From assembly GCA_021740845.1 (NCBI GenBank), contig JAIOYZ010000022.1:3402-67401 (forward strand): 64,000 nt of DNA, written 5' to 3'. A program made the position numbers and the translations under genes. This DNA comes from Bacteroidia bacterium (GTDB lineage Bacteria > Bacteroidota > Bacteroidia > UKL13-3). The notes beneath the pieces were generated by a model, which was given only the letters and a program-made list of their open reading frames with translations, was not told the origin of the DNA and did no database searches. Shown here piece by piece: positions 20,949 to 31,335 of this stretch. The number at the start of each line of letters is the position of its first letter. Position 1 is the first letter of the stretch.

Positions 20949-20967
20949 GTTTGAACCAAAACCACAG

Positions 20968-21017
20968 AAAGGCCTGTTGTTAAAGGAATCAATTGTTCTT
21001 TTACAACAGGCTTTTTA
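20968..21017 (+). terminator. Intrinsic terminator
   Basis: GCCTGTTGT ... ACAACAGGC followed by TTTTT. Confidence 0.75.
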
Positions 21018-21105
21018 TTTATCGATTAAGCCTCATATTTAATCGATTGTTCTATGTTATTTTCCCCTTAAATACCTATTTTCGCCCCGCTTTTAAAAAA
21101 TAATA

Positions 21106-22920
21106 ATGGATAGAAATTCGATCATTGGGCTAGGTTTGATCTTTTTAATTTTGATCACCTTTGCCTACATCAACCAACCTTCTCAGGCAGAATTAGACGC
21201 TGCTAAACGTCGCCAAGATTCAATAACTCTGGTTCGCGCTCAAAACGATAGTCTTGCCGCAACACTTGTGCCTATTGCCAATGCTGAAGCTATTAAAACA
21301 ATTGATAGCAGCGCGAAACAAAATGCATTTGGAACTTTTGCCAGCTTCTCAGAAGGCGAAAAATTATTTACAACCTTAGAAAATGAAGAGCTAAAGGTTA
21401 AAATAAGTAACAAAGGTGGAAGAATTTATCAGGTAGAATTAAAAAAATACCAACGTTCGGATGGCACACCTCTTTTATTAGTTGATGGTGATGCCAATGA
21501 TTTTTCTTACGGTTTTGCTACTCGCGATGCAAAAGCAATTTCAACCAAAGACCTATTTTTTAAAGCAATCCCCTCAGAAAATGGAAAAAGTGTCTCAATG
21601 GTCGTAAGCTTAGCTGATGGTCAATATATTGAGCATATTATTTCATTAAATGAAAATACAAACCTTGTTGATTTTAAAATTAATTTGGTGGGTATGGATG
21701 GCGTAATTGCTCCCAATAACAATTACCTAGATTTAAATTGGAAACACAATGTTCTTCAACAAGAAAAAACGCATGATGCAGAGGCAAAGACTACAACTGC
21801 ATATTATCGCCTTACAAATGAAGAACCCGATTATTTAGCCGAAACTAAAGACCTGAAAGAGGAAGTTAAAACTCCTCTCCAATGGATTTCTTTCAAACAA
21901 CAATACTTCAACGCGTCTTTAATTAGCTCCCAAAATTTTGATAATGCCGTTTTAGAAAGTAAATCAGATGAAAGCAAAAAGTTAGTTAAAACCTTAACCG
22001 CCAATATTGGATTAACCTTCAATCATTCTGCAAAAGAATCGTATTCAATGCAGTTTTATTTTGGTCCAAACCATTATAAAACATTAAAAGGCTTAAACCT
22101 AAATTTGGAGGCTATTGTGCCAATGGGTTGGGGTATTTTTGGTTGGGTTAATAAAATTCTAACTGTAAATGTTTTCTATTTCTTGGGTCAATACTTAAGC
22201 AATTTCGGAATCATTATTTTATTACTTACTGTTATTGTTAAAACCATTTTATTTCCACTCGTTTATCGCTCGTATAAATCATCCGCTAAAATGCGTGTGC
22301 TAAAACCAGAAATCGATGAAATAAAAGTGAAATACGGTAATGATATGGCTAAGGTTCAACAAGAAAACATGAAGATTTACCGCAAAGCTGGTGTAAATCC
22401 AATGGGTGGTTGTGTGCCTGTTTTGCTGCAAATGCCAATATTAATTGCCATGTTCCAATTCTTCCCTAGTGCTTTCGAATTAAGACAAAAAGCATTTTTA
22501 TGGAGTAGCGATTTATCTAGTTACGATAGCATTCTTAATTTACCTTTCGATATTCCTTTTTATGGTGATCACGTGAGTTTGTTTACCTTGTTAATGACTG
22601 TCTCTACTTTGGTTTATACCATGTACAACAATCAAATGACGGGTGTTACTGGTCAAATGAAAGTAATCAGTTATATCATGCCTGTAATGTTCTTAGGTTT
22701 CTTTAATAACTACGCAAGTGGCTTAACCTATTACTACTTCCTTTCCAACTTATTTACCATTGGCCAACAATTATTGATTCGCCAATTTGTAGATGATAAT
22801 GCTTTACATGCACAAATTCAGGAAAACAAAAAGAAACCTGTTGTTAAGTCCAAGTTCCAACTAAAATTAGAGGAAATGGCCAAGAAAAGAGGATTTGATA
22901 CTGATAAATTAGGTAAGTAA
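21106..22920 (+). CDS. yidC: Membrane protein insertase YidC
   Basis: N-terminal TM, FYFGP, GWGIFGW, GVNPMGGCVPVLLQMP, FLWSSDLS, GLTYYY. Confidence 0.97.
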   Translation: MDRNSIIGLGLIFLILITFAYINQPSQAELDAAKRRQDSITLVRAQNDSLAATLVPIANAEAIKTIDSSAKQNAFGTFASFSEGEKLFTTLENEELKVKISNKGGRIYQVELKKYQRSDGTPLLLVDGDANDFSYGFATRDAKAISTKDLFFKAIPSENGKSVSMVVSLADGQYIEHIISLNENTNLVDFKINLVGMDGVIAPNNNYLDLNWKHNVLQQEKTHDAEAKTTTAYYRLTNEEPDYLAETKDLKEEVKTPLQWISFKQQYFNASLISSQNFDNAVLESKSDESKKLVKTLTANIGLTFNHSAKESYSMQFYFGPNHYKTLKGLNLNLEAIVPMGWGIFGWVNKILTVNVFYFLGQYLSNFGIIILLLTVIVKTILFPLVYRSYKSSAKMRVLKPEIDEIKVKYGNDMAKVQQENMKIYRKAGVNPMGGCVPVLLQMPILIAMFQFFPSAFELRQKAFLWSSDLSSYDSILNLPFDIPFYGDHVSLFTLLMTVSTLVYTMYNNQMTGVTGQMKVISYIMPVMFLGFFNNYASGLTYYYFLSNLFTIGQQLLIRQFVDDNALHAQIQENKKKPVVKSKFQLKLEEMAKKRGFDTDKLGK

Positions 22921-22939
22921 TCTTCACATTAATTCAATC

Positions 22940-22978
22940 AAAAAAAGCTGCTTCAATTTTTGAAGCAGCTTTTTTTTT
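22940..22978 (+). terminator. Intrinsic terminator of yidC
   Basis: AGCTGCTTCAA-ttt-TTGAAGCAGCT with A and T runs. Confidence 0.9.
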
Positions 22979-23003
22979 GTCGAATTCTATATAATTATTT
23001 CTT

Positions 23004-23190
23004 TTGGTTCAAACCGAATTAAAATAAAAAAACCAATCTATGGCAAGTAGATTGGTTTTTTTGAGTATCAAGTAAAATGATTTTAGATATCAGCTAATGT
23101 GCCAATACTTTGCCAAATAATTTTTATTTCATTTTAATTTCATTAATCAGCTATTAATCAGTTGTTAAAAAGTTTTTCGGTTTGAACCAA
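23004..23190. repeat. Inverted pair of exact 15-mer motif copies
   Basis: TTGGTTCAAACCGAA 23004-23018 and TTCGGTTTGAACCAA 23176-23190. Confidence 0.88.
23026..23062 (-). terminator. Intrinsic terminator for the minus-strand tyrS operon
   Basis: AAAAAAACCAATCTA-loop-TAGATTGGTTTTTTT. Confidence 0.8.
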
Positions 23191-23273
23191 GCGCCTTTTT
23201 CTACTAAAAGTGACTACAAAAATGGAATCTGTTCCCCAAAAATAGACAGCATTTTTAGACACTTTTTGATCAA

Positions 23274-24173
23274 TTACTTGCTCAATAGGGTTTTCCAAGC
23301 TTCAACCACCTTTCCTTCCGATAAAAAGTCTTTCGCCAACTGGTGTAATAATTGGTTTTTACTTTCTTTTCCTAAGTCTTGGTTCATAATGGAATTTAAT
23401 GCCTTATTCATTCTTTGAAAAATGGCCACACTATCCAAATCTGGTAATTGCTCAATATTGGCCAACATACCTAGGTTATTTCCACTTAATATGGTGCTGT
23501 TTTTTATTTCTTCAGATAAATTGTCAAATCCAATTCCTAAATTTTTAGCAGGTTTAGCCACTTCAAAAAGGGCGTTTCCGCTGGCTCTTACGTACCAATC
23601 ACTGCCTAATCGCCCAACTAAATCTATTTTATGTTGGTCAATTTTGCCGTCTGCAGTTAAAACATCTGGAGAAATATGCATCAAAACCATTTCTGCAATA
23701 ATCAAATTTCCCGCTCCACCTTCTTTGCCTGTTTCAATAACATCAACCACTTTACATTCAAACTGTACCGGACTTTCCTTTACACGGAATGGTTTTACTT
23801 TTTCTGAGGCAATGGGAGTGAAGCCTGCTTTTTCAAACTCGCTAACTCCTTTTGGGTACTCACAACTCGATAAACTCATTTGTTGTACCATGGCATAGTT
23901 TACCACATTTATTACTACTTCTTTGGTAGCAATAGCATTTTCTAATGTATGCTTTATAGTATTATCTCTTACTCTTCTTGCTGGTGAAAAAATAAATCGG
24001 GTTGGGTTTGAACCAAAAATATTAAAAAAACTAAACGGACTTAAATTCGGATTTCCATCCTTATCAATCGTACTAGCAAAACAGATAGGTCGCGGTGCAA
24101 TAGCGGTTAACAATGCATTGTGAAATTCTGCTAAAGGTAAATCCTTTGGTCCAATGGTTTTCATTTTTTGCAT
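23274..24173 (-). CDS. Flavin reductase (DIM6/NTAB) family protein
   Basis: APRPICFAST, NLSPFSFFN, VKESPVQFEC, GRLGSDWY. Confidence 0.9.
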   Translation of the reverse strand: MQKMKTIGPKDLPLAEFHNALLTAIAPRPICFASTIDKDGNPNLSPFSFFNIFGSNPTRFIFSPARRVRDNTIKHTLENAIATKEVVINVVNYAMVQQMSLSSCEYPKGVSEFEKAGFTPIASEKVKPFRVKESPVQFECKVVDVIETGKEGGAGNLIIAEMVLMHISPDVLTADGKIDQHKIDLVGRLGSDWYVRASGNALFEVAKPAKNLGIGFDNLSEEIKNSTILSGNNLGMLANIEQLPDLDSVAIFQRMNKALNSIMNQDLGKESKNQLLHQLAKDFLSEGKVVEAWKTLLSK

Positions 24174-24184
24174 GATTTGTTTGC

Positions 24185-25471
24185 TTAAGCTACAATTAAT
24201 AAAAAATAATTTTTCTTGCCTTTTTGAACCATTAAATATTTTTGGTTCAATAAAGATTCTGAATTAATTACCTTTTCTTGGTCTGTTATTTTTTCCTTAT
24301 TAATGCTTATTCCACCTCCAATTAGCATTTTTCTTGCTTCTCCCTTGCTGGGGAAAATTTGAGTTTTTTCTGCCAACAACTCAATTATATTTATTCCTGC
24401 CGCAAGGTCATATTTATTAATCTGGTATTGAGGAACTCCTTCAAAAATATCCAAAAAGGTTTCTTCATCCAATGCTGCAAATGACTCGGCAGTAGAATTT
24501 CCAAAAAGGATAGAGGAGGCTTCAATTGCAGTATTCAAGGCTGTTTCTGAATGTACTTTTGTGGTAATTTCTTTTGCCAATGCTTTTTGCAAAATACGGG
24601 TATGCGGTGCCAAGGCATGTTCTGCTTCCAATGTCTCAATTTCCTCTTTGGAAAGTAATGTGAAAATACGAATCCAACTGGCAGCATCTTCGTCACTTGA
24701 GTTCAACCAAAATTGATAGAATTTATAAGGTGACGTTCTTTTTGGATCAAGCCAAACGGCCCCACTTTCGGTTTTCCCAAACTTAGTACCATCCGATTTT
24801 TTAATCAAATTGGTGGTAATAGCAAATGCTTCTCCTTGCGATTTTCTGCGAATTAATTCAGTTCCTGTAACAATATTTCCCCATTGGTCACTACCTCCCA
24901 TTTGCACTTGGCAATTGTGTTCCTTCCATAAATAATAGAAATCATAGCCTTGAACCAATTGGTAAGAAAATTCTGTGAAACTCATTCCTGTTTCTCCTTC
25001 TAACCTTTTTTTAACAGAATCTTTGGCCATCATATAATTTACAGTAATGTGCTTTCCAACATCCCTGATAAATTCTAAGAAATTAAATCTTTTAAACCAA
25101 TCGTAGTTGTTTACCATAACAGCAGAATTTGAACCTTCATTAAAATTCAAAAACTTAGACAACTGTTCCTCTAAACATTTAACATTATGAAATAATACTT
25201 CCTCTGATAATAAATTTCTTTCAGCAGATTTTCCACTTGGGTCGCCAACCATGCCTGTTGCTCCTCCAACCAATGCATAAGGCTTATGACCAGCCCTTTG
25301 AAAGTGAATCAATGTCATGATTTGAGTTAAATGGCCAACATGTAAACTGTCCGCTGTTGGGTCAAAACCAATATACCCAGAAATGGATCCTTTTGAAAGC
25401 AATTCTTCAGTTCCGGGCATCATATCGTGCAACATGCCACGCCATTTCATTTCTTCTACAAAATTTGTCAT
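24185..25471 (-). CDS. tyrS: Tyrosine--tRNA ligase
   Basis: [30 protein letters not shown]-terminal S4 domain; start set at [12 protein letters not shown]. Confidence 0.98.
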   Translation of the reverse strand: MTNFVEEMKWRGMLHDMMPGTEELLSKGSISGYIGFDPTADSLHVGHLTQIMTLIHFQRAGHKPYALVGGATGMVGDPSGKSAERNLLSEEVLFHNVKCLEEQLSKFLNFNEGSNSAVMVNNYDWFKRFNFLEFIRDVGKHITVNYMMAKDSVKKRLEGETGMSFTEFSYQLVQGYDFYYLWKEHNCQVQMGGSDQWGNIVTGTELIRRKSQGEAFAITTNLIKKSDGTKFGKTESGAVWLDPKRTSPYKFYQFWLNSSDEDAASWIRIFTLLSKEEIETLEAEHALAPHTRILQKALAKEITTKVHSETALNTAIEASSILFGNSTAESFAALDEETFLDIFEGVPQYQINKYDLAAGINIIELLAEKTQIFPSKGEARKMLIGGGISINKEKITDQEKVINSESLLNQKYLMVQKGKKNYFLLIVA

Positions 25472-25570
25472 GCTGCGAAAATAAGTTTTAAGTAGTACAA
25501 TCGTAAAAATATACGCAGCATAATAGGGCAAATAAGTAAAAAGCTTTATTTTGTGTTGAATAAAAGCAAT

Positions 25571-26230
25571 TTGAATTTCCTTTCTCATTTTTACGTTCAC
25601 CAACAAGGCAATAACCCTTTGTTTAGTACAGGTTTGGTTTTTCCAGATTTGGCAAGGGGTTTTGGTAAACAAATTGGCAAACTCGAGCTACACCAATATG
25701 GCTCACTTTCAGAGTTGGCTTTAGGCTGTAAACACCACTACCAAGCGGACAAGATATTTCACAGTTCACCCTTTTTTGAGTGGGGAACTCAGGCCTGTAT
25801 CAATCAATTGAAGCAAGCCCAATTTGATACTCAGGTAGAACGAAAATGGTTTATTGGTCATATTTTATTTGAATTGCTTTTGGATAGAATTTTGGTTCGA
25901 CACCAAGCTCAAGTTGCTCATGATTTTTACACCCAATTAAATTTGGTGAGCCAAAGTCAATTGGAGGATTTTATTTCTTTGCATTCCTTTCAGGAGAAAG
26001 ATAGGTTTTTGAAATTTTATGCGCATTTTCGCAAAGCTGCTTATATTCGAAATTATACAGATAATAACCTATTTGCCTTTTCGTTAAGCAGGATAATACT
26101 TAGAGCAGGCTTGCCAGCATTAAGTCTTGCTGATAAGATTGTTTTACAAGAATGCGTTTTGAACCTAGAAAATATGGAGTTTAGAAACGCTCAGGGTATT
26201 TTATTTGAATTAAAAGAAGTATTTAAATGA
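25571..26230 (+). CDS. ACP phosphodiesterase (AcpH)-like protein
   Basis: (M)NFLSHF start at TTG 25571, [16 protein letters not shown] metal-binding pattern. Confidence 0.6.
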   Translation: MNFLSHFYVHQQGNNPLFSTGLVFPDLARGFGKQIGKLELHQYGSLSELALGCKHHYQADKIFHSSPFFEWGTQACINQLKQAQFDTQVERKWFIGHILFELLLDRILVRHQAQVAHDFYTQLNLVSQSQLEDFISLHSFQEKDRFLKFYAHFRKAAYIRNYTDNNLFAFSLSRIILRAGLPALSLADKIVLQECVLNLENMEFRNAQGILFELKEVFK

Positions 26231-27297
26231 GGAGAACTATTTTATTCTTTTTCGCTTTGGGATTAAGCCAATTTATTTGGGCACAAACCTTAAAGTATAG
26301 CAACGAATTCTTAAATATAGGAATTGGTGGTAGAGCTATGGGAATGGGGAGTTGCGTTATTGCTAGCACCAATGATGTTACTTCAAGCTATTGGAATCCC
26401 GCTGGTTTATTGCAACTCAAAGATAATTTACAGATTTCTGGAATGCATAACGAGCAGTTTGCTGGTATTGCACGCCATGATTATGGTAGCGTGGGTTTTA
26501 AATTGAGTGATAATTCTGCAGCGGCAATTAGTATTATTAGATTAGGGGTAGATGGTATTCCAAATACTTTGTACCTAATGCAAGACGGACAAATAAATTA
26601 TGCGCTAATTAGAAGTTTCTCTGCAGTAGATTATGCTTTTGTGGGTTCGTATGCTCGTTCAACCAAAATTGAAGGTTTGGATATTGGTGGTAATGTTAAA
26701 ATAATTCGCAGAGTTGTTGGTGATTTTGGAGGTGCTTGGGGTTTTGGAATTGATGCTTCCGTTAAATATACAAATAATGATTGGCTTTTTGCCTTCATGG
26801 CCAGAGATATTACCACCACTTTTAATGCATGGAAATATACCATGACAGAAGCAGATAAAAAACAATTATTGGCTGCTGGAAATGCCATTCCTACTGGTGG
26901 TTTAGAATTAACCTTACCTCGTTTTACCTTTGGTGCAGCAAGAAAATTTAATTTAGGTTCAGAAAAATATACCGTTTTGCCAGAGTTTAATTTAGACTTA
27001 ACTACAGACGGACAAAGGAATGTTTTGATAAGTAGTAAGTACTTAAATTTAGATCCAAGGATAGGTGTGGAGTTTGGTTATAATGACTTCCTTTTTCTTC
27101 GCGGTGGCTACAGCACATTGCAACGTGTTATGGATTTTGATGGTAAGAAAACCCTAAATGGAATGCCGAGTATTGGCGTAGGTATTCAACTTAAGAAATT
27201 AGCTATTGATTATGCGCTTGGCAATGCCTTTAACCAAGGCTTAATTGGTATGAATAATATTATAAGTTTGAGGTTAGGTATCAACAGAAAAGGCTAA
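26227..27297 (+). CDS. PorV/PorQ-family outer membrane barrel (type IX secretion-associated, PorV2-like)
   Basis: Signal peptide; KYSNEFLNIGIGGRAMGMG, YWNPAGL, IDYA. Confidence 0.8.
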   Translation: MRRTILFFFALGLSQFIWAQTLKYSNEFLNIGIGGRAMGMGSCVIASTNDVTSSYWNPAGLLQLKDNLQISGMHNEQFAGIARHDYGSVGFKLSDNSAAAISIIRLGVDGIPNTLYLMQDGQINYALIRSFSAVDYAFVGSYARSTKIEGLDIGGNVKIIRRVVGDFGGAWGFGIDASVKYTNNDWLFAFMARDITTTFNAWKYTMTEADKKQLLAAGNAIPTGGLELTLPRFTFGAARKFNLGSEKYTVLPEFNLDLTTDGQRNVLISSKYLNLDPRIGVEFGYNDFLFLRGGYSTLQRVMDFDGKKTLNGMPSIGVGIQLKKLAIDYALGNAFNQGLIGMNNIISLRLGINRKG

Positions 27298-28736
27298 TTT
27301 TCTTCTAACTCCTCTGGGTTTTGATGGTATAAATCTAAGGCCGTTATCATGGCAATAAATCCCCAGAATAAAACAGCAATTTTATCTTGTTCACTGTAAC
27401 TATTTAATAGTCCATGAGTCAAATAGGTAACTAGCCCTAAAAGAATTCCTGCGCTAAATAGTCTTATATTAACCGTCCTGCCTCGATATACTAGTTTTAA
27501 GCCTTTAACAAAAACCACTATAATTATTAGAATAAAAGAAATCATTCCCATCCAACCACTTTCAGCTAATGGATTTAAATATTCCGAATGGGCATGACCT
27601 TGGTCGCCAAATGCTGTTGTTATAGGAGTTTGGAATTCTGGGTCTTGAAATGGGGCATAGGTAAATGAATACGCACCTGGGCCAAATCCAAAAACTGGTT
27701 TTTCTTTCACCATGTTTATAGCTGCCATCCAACGATTAACACGCTCCAAGTTGGATACATCGTTTCTAACATTGGAAACAGATTCTAAATGCTTTTCAAA
27801 TCCTTCTGCCGAGTTTTGTTTGTTTTGGTATAATTGAAAGAAAATATCGTCGAAATTGGAAATTACAAAAATGCTGGCAATAGCTACCACACCTAAAATA
27901 TGCCAAAGACGTAAGCGCAATACTAAAGCAATTCCAAAGAACAATGCTGCGGCTAAACTAATCCATCCAGCTCGAGTATAACTTAAAATAAGCCCAGAAC
28001 TTAACAGAATTAGAAAAAATAAGGAGCTTAAAACAGTTGCGAAGCTTAATTTTAATCTAAAACCCCATACCACAAAGAGAAATAGGAGTGGAATAAAAAA
28101 GGCAATGGCAGCAGCATAAATCCCATGAGCAATATAAAAAGGTGCCATTATTTCAAAGGAGGTTACCTGTGAAAAATTATCGAAACTATGCTTGTATAAG
28201 GTGTAAATAATTACAAAACCTAAAGGTATAATATAGGCCCATATATAGTATTTAATATATTCAAATTTTCTAAACATCACTACTGCTAGGAAATAGAAAA
28301 CCATCAAAAACCAAGAGCGAGATAAAAAGAATTTTATACTTACAATTTTCTCCATACTGGTAAATGAAGTAATTAAAATCCAAGCCAAATTAATAAGAAT
28401 TACAATGGAAATAGGGTGTTTCAAAACCCTAAAATCATATTCTCCATCAATGATAAATTTGAAAATAACGAGCAGAAAAATGCCAATTATTAATGGCTCA
28501 TCAGGGATAGATAATCCCATACCTAAAACCAAATCTTCTATATTAATAGATAATGGTACTAAAAAAACTAAAATGATAATTAGAACATCTAACTTAAGCA
28601 TTGCCAAAAGGGTAAGCAAGGCCAATGCAGGCAAAGCTGGAGTCCAATAAAACTCAAAAGCAATGCCAATAGAGTTGAGCAAAATAAACAGAATGCCCGT
28701 GCCTATCAGCCATTTATTCTTTGCTTCTAGGTTCAA
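27294..28736 (-). CDS. O-antigen ligase/polymerase family membrane protein
   Basis: Many TM helices; SYTRAGW, SNLER..RW, GFGPG, HAHSEYL. Confidence 0.88.
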   Translation of the reverse strand: MNLEAKNKWLIGTGILFILLNSIGIAFEFYWTPALPALALLTLLAMLKLDVLIIILVFLVPLSINIEDLVLGMGLSIPDEPLIIGIFLLVIFKFIIDGEYDFRVLKHPISIVILINLAWILITSFTSMEKIVSIKFFLSRSWFLMVFYFLAVVMFRKFEYIKYYIWAYIIPLGFVIIYTLYKHSFDNFSQVTSFEIMAPFYIAHGIYAAAIAFFIPLLFLFVVWGFRLKLSFATVLSSLFFLILLSSGLILSYTRAGWISLAAALFFGIALVLRLRLWHILGVVAIASIFVISNFDDIFFQLYQNKQNSAEGFEKHLESVSNVRNDVSNLERVNRWMAAINMVKEKPVFGFGPGAYSFTYAPFQDPEFQTPITTAFGDQGHAHSEYLNPLAESGWMGMISFILIIIVVFVKGLKLVYRGRTVNIRLFSAGILLGLVTYLTHGLLNSYSEQDKIAVLFWGFIAMITALDLYHQNPEELEEN

Positions 28737-28740
28737 ACCG

Positions 28741-29751
28741 TTAAGATATTAATGAGTCTTTGTTATGATTGAATTTCTCAATAAACAACAATACTATACA
28801 TGCAAGGACAAATGAACCCAAAACTGATCCAATTACAATGAAAAATCTTAATGGATAAGCTTTTCTTTCTGCTGGAGTTGCCGTTTGTAAAATAAATACA
28901 TTACTCAAATTACCTCCTACGTCAATTTTAGCTTGATCCAATTTCTTTTTCAATTCGTTGGCTTGTTCAACTTGCAATTCTAATGTACTATATAAACTTT
29001 GGAATTCAGCGCCGTATAAAGCTAAGTTATCTTGTATTTTACGGATATTTTCATTCATTCCATTTTTTCCTACCAACTCAGTTATTGCCTTAGATTGTTC
29101 TTCTACATTATAAACTCCTTTGGCACCCAACTCTTGCATTCGGCCTTTAATGGAATTAATTTCTTCCTCTTTACGCTTGTATTCAGTTTCAATAATGCTC
29201 AATGCTTGTAATGCCAATCTCCTTTGAACTTCTGTTTTTACACTATCCAAAATCATTACAATTCCATTTGCAACATCTGCTGCCTTAACTGGGTCTTCAT
29301 CTAAAACAATTACTTCAATAGATGCATATGGCGTTTTCTTGGCAGAAATGTTTTTGTTATACATTTTGCCCATTTTGTAATTAATCTCTTTGTCGCTGGT
29401 GTCTATTCTATAGTGCTCCACCAAATTAAATTGCTTAATCACTTTTCCTTTTAAGTAATCAGATTCCAAAATCTGAACGTATTGCTGCGCTGCTACTTGT
29501 TCTCCAAATTCTAATGGATCTTTTTGTTTCACCCTGCTATCCGTTAACAGTGCAGATGAAATTGAGTTATTGGTAGAAGGATAAAAAACTGCCGTTGATT
29601 GGAATTTTGGTTTAATAATCCAAGGACTCGAAATAATGATTGAGAGAATGGCTGAAATAGCACAAATGATAATTAGCTTTTTTCTCCATTTGATGATGAA
29701 TTGAAATACATCAATCAACTCAAAGTAATACTGTTTCTTTTTCTTATTCAT
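28741..29751 (-). CDS. Wzz/GumC chain-length determinant
   Basis: Two terminal TMs flanking a coiled coil; PKFQSTA, ATPAERKAYP. Confidence 0.85.
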   Translation of the reverse strand: MNKKKKQYYFELIDVFQFIIKWRKKLIIICAISAILSIIISSPWIIKPKFQSTAVFYPSTNNSISSALLTDSRVKQKDPLEFGEQVAAQQYVQILESDYLKGKVIKQFNLVEHYRIDTSDKEINYKMGKMYNKNISAKKTPYASIEVIVLDEDPVKAADVANGIVMILDSVKTEVQRRLALQALSIIETEYKRKEEEINSIKGRMQELGAKGVYNVEEQSKAITELVGKNGMNENIRKIQDNLALYGAEFQSLYSTLELQVEQANELKKKLDQAKIDVGGNLSNVFILQTATPAERKAYPLRFFIVIGSVLGSFVLACIVLLFIEKFNHNKDSLIS

Positions 29752-29782
29752 ACGTATATCCCACAAAAATATAAAAATTACC

Positions 29783-31234
29783 TCATTTACCGCTTTTTTC
29801 CTGCTTCGACTTTATTAATAACATGGCTTGATCCAAATTAAATATTTTCAAAATGACCATGCTAGCTAGGGTTCCGAACCCAATTACGAGGCTAGCTTGC
29901 CACCAATTTAAACTTAAATATTGGTTCAAAATCATTAATAAACTGATGGCAATTATGGAAACAAAGTATTTTAAAGGGAAATTAGGTTCAAACCGAATCT
30001 CTAGTTTTTTCTTTGCCAATAAGAAATTACTTAGGCCAATAAATCCTTGTGTGGCAAAGGCTGCTATTGCTGCTCCATATGCTTTGTGAATCGGAATAAG
30101 CCATAAATTTAAACAAAGGTTTAATACCAAAGCCATTGCTGCAAAGGTATTTAAAGCCTTGAAATTCCCATTTGCAGTTAATAAGGTTCCATAAATATAC
30201 ATGGTTGCCAAAGGGTAAAAGCAAATAATTACCATTCCAAAAACCTGTGCCGAATAATCTGTGCTTTGATGGTTTAGTAATTGGATAATAGGCAATTGGT
30301 AAATAAAGGCAACCAAGCAAAATGAAAATGCCGGAATAAGCATTAATCCTGTGCTAAATTGAACCAATGGATTCAAGTTCTCTTTATTGGAAATCATTTT
30401 CGAGAAAATTGGAAGTAACAACATTGCAACCAATGCGGCCATCATATTGGCTGCCTCTAAAAGCCTGTATGCAGAAGCGTAAATGCCATTTTGTAAATCT
30501 CCATCGCTTAATAATTTGGGTATTAACACAACATCTAAGCGAGTATAGAAAGTCATTAATAAAGATAGTAAGGCATATGGAACCATCTGTTTTACCACTT
30601 TCTTAAATAATATTGGATTGATTTTCCAAGAAAGGTGATGTAAATGGGGTTTGATTACCAAAAAAGAAATTAAAACTGCTACCAAATAAGAAACGGTTTG
30701 AGCCAAAATAAATGCCTTTATGCTAATCGAAAATAATCCAAACCAAAGCATTAATCCGCATAGGATAATCATTAAAGATCGGTCTACAACAGATAACATA
30801 GCATCCGTTTTAAATTTTTGCAATCCCCCAACGATACTTCTAAAATAGGTGTAGAAATAAGAAAGGATTTGGTTCAAACCTAATATCCACAACAATTTTA
30901 AACGGTCTATTGGATATCCATTTAGTAAACCCAAACCCAAAGTTAGCGCTATATAAATAAAACTAGAACTTAATTTAAAGGTTGTTAAGGCAGCAAACTC
31001 ATCCCTTAGTTTCTCTGGATTTTTGGCAATATTGGAGGATGTATAACTATTAATTCCTAAATCCAATAAGGTGATAAATAACATAGAAAAGGCAAACAAA
31101 TTGGTATAAATTCCATATTGTTCATATCCTACTGCATTTTGAACTCCTCTGTCAATCCCCAATATCCAAAAGGGCTTAATGAGTAGGTTAACCGACATTA
31201 ATAAAATAAAATTACTGACAAAGGTTTTTTTCAT
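29783..31234 (-). CDS. Oligosaccharide flippase (Wzx/MATE-like)
   Basis: About 12-14 TMs; NLLIKPFW, DLG, GIYASAYRL, LNLWLIP. Confidence 0.88.
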   Translation of the reverse strand: MKKTFVSNFILLMSVNLLIKPFWILGIDRGVQNAVGYEQYGIYTNLFAFSMLFITLLDLGINSYTSSNIAKNPEKLRDEFAALTTFKLSSSFIYIALTLGLGLLNGYPIDRLKLLWILGLNQILSYFYTYFRSIVGGLQKFKTDAMLSVVDRSLMIILCGLMLWFGLFSISIKAFILAQTVSYLVAVLISFLVIKPHLHHLSWKINPILFKKVVKQMVPYALLSLLMTFYTRLDVVLIPKLLSDGDLQNGIYASAYRLLEAANMMAALVAMLLLPIFSKMISNKENLNPLVQFSTGLMLIPAFSFCLVAFIYQLPIIQLLNHQSTDYSAQVFGMVIICFYPLATMYIYGTLLTANGNFKALNTFAAMALVLNLCLNLWLIPIHKAYGAAIAAFATQGFIGLSNFLLAKKKLEIRFEPNFPLKYFVSIIAISLLMILNQYLSLNWWQASLVIGFGTLASMVILKIFNLDQAMLLIKSKQEKSGK

Positions 31235-31335
31235 TTATCCCTTCCTGATTGGGCTGTAAATTTATTGATTCGTAGAAACTTTGTATCATTGTTGCTAAAA
31301 CAATTTTATTGTGCATACCAATAATTTATTTTTCA

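Noticed and set aside
23004-23190. Bona fide MITE
   Set aside because: No target-site duplication, no second copy of the interior in the window and no transposase; kept only as a hypothesis.
23182-23898. Plus-strand ORFs 23182-23418 and 23422-23898
   Set aside because: Antisense shadows of the flavin reductase gene; the first starts at the TTG inside a motif copy.
25472-25672. 67-aa N-terminal extension of TyrS in the ORF track
   Set aside because: Overlaps the divergent gene and the tyrS promoter; homology begins at MTNFVEE.
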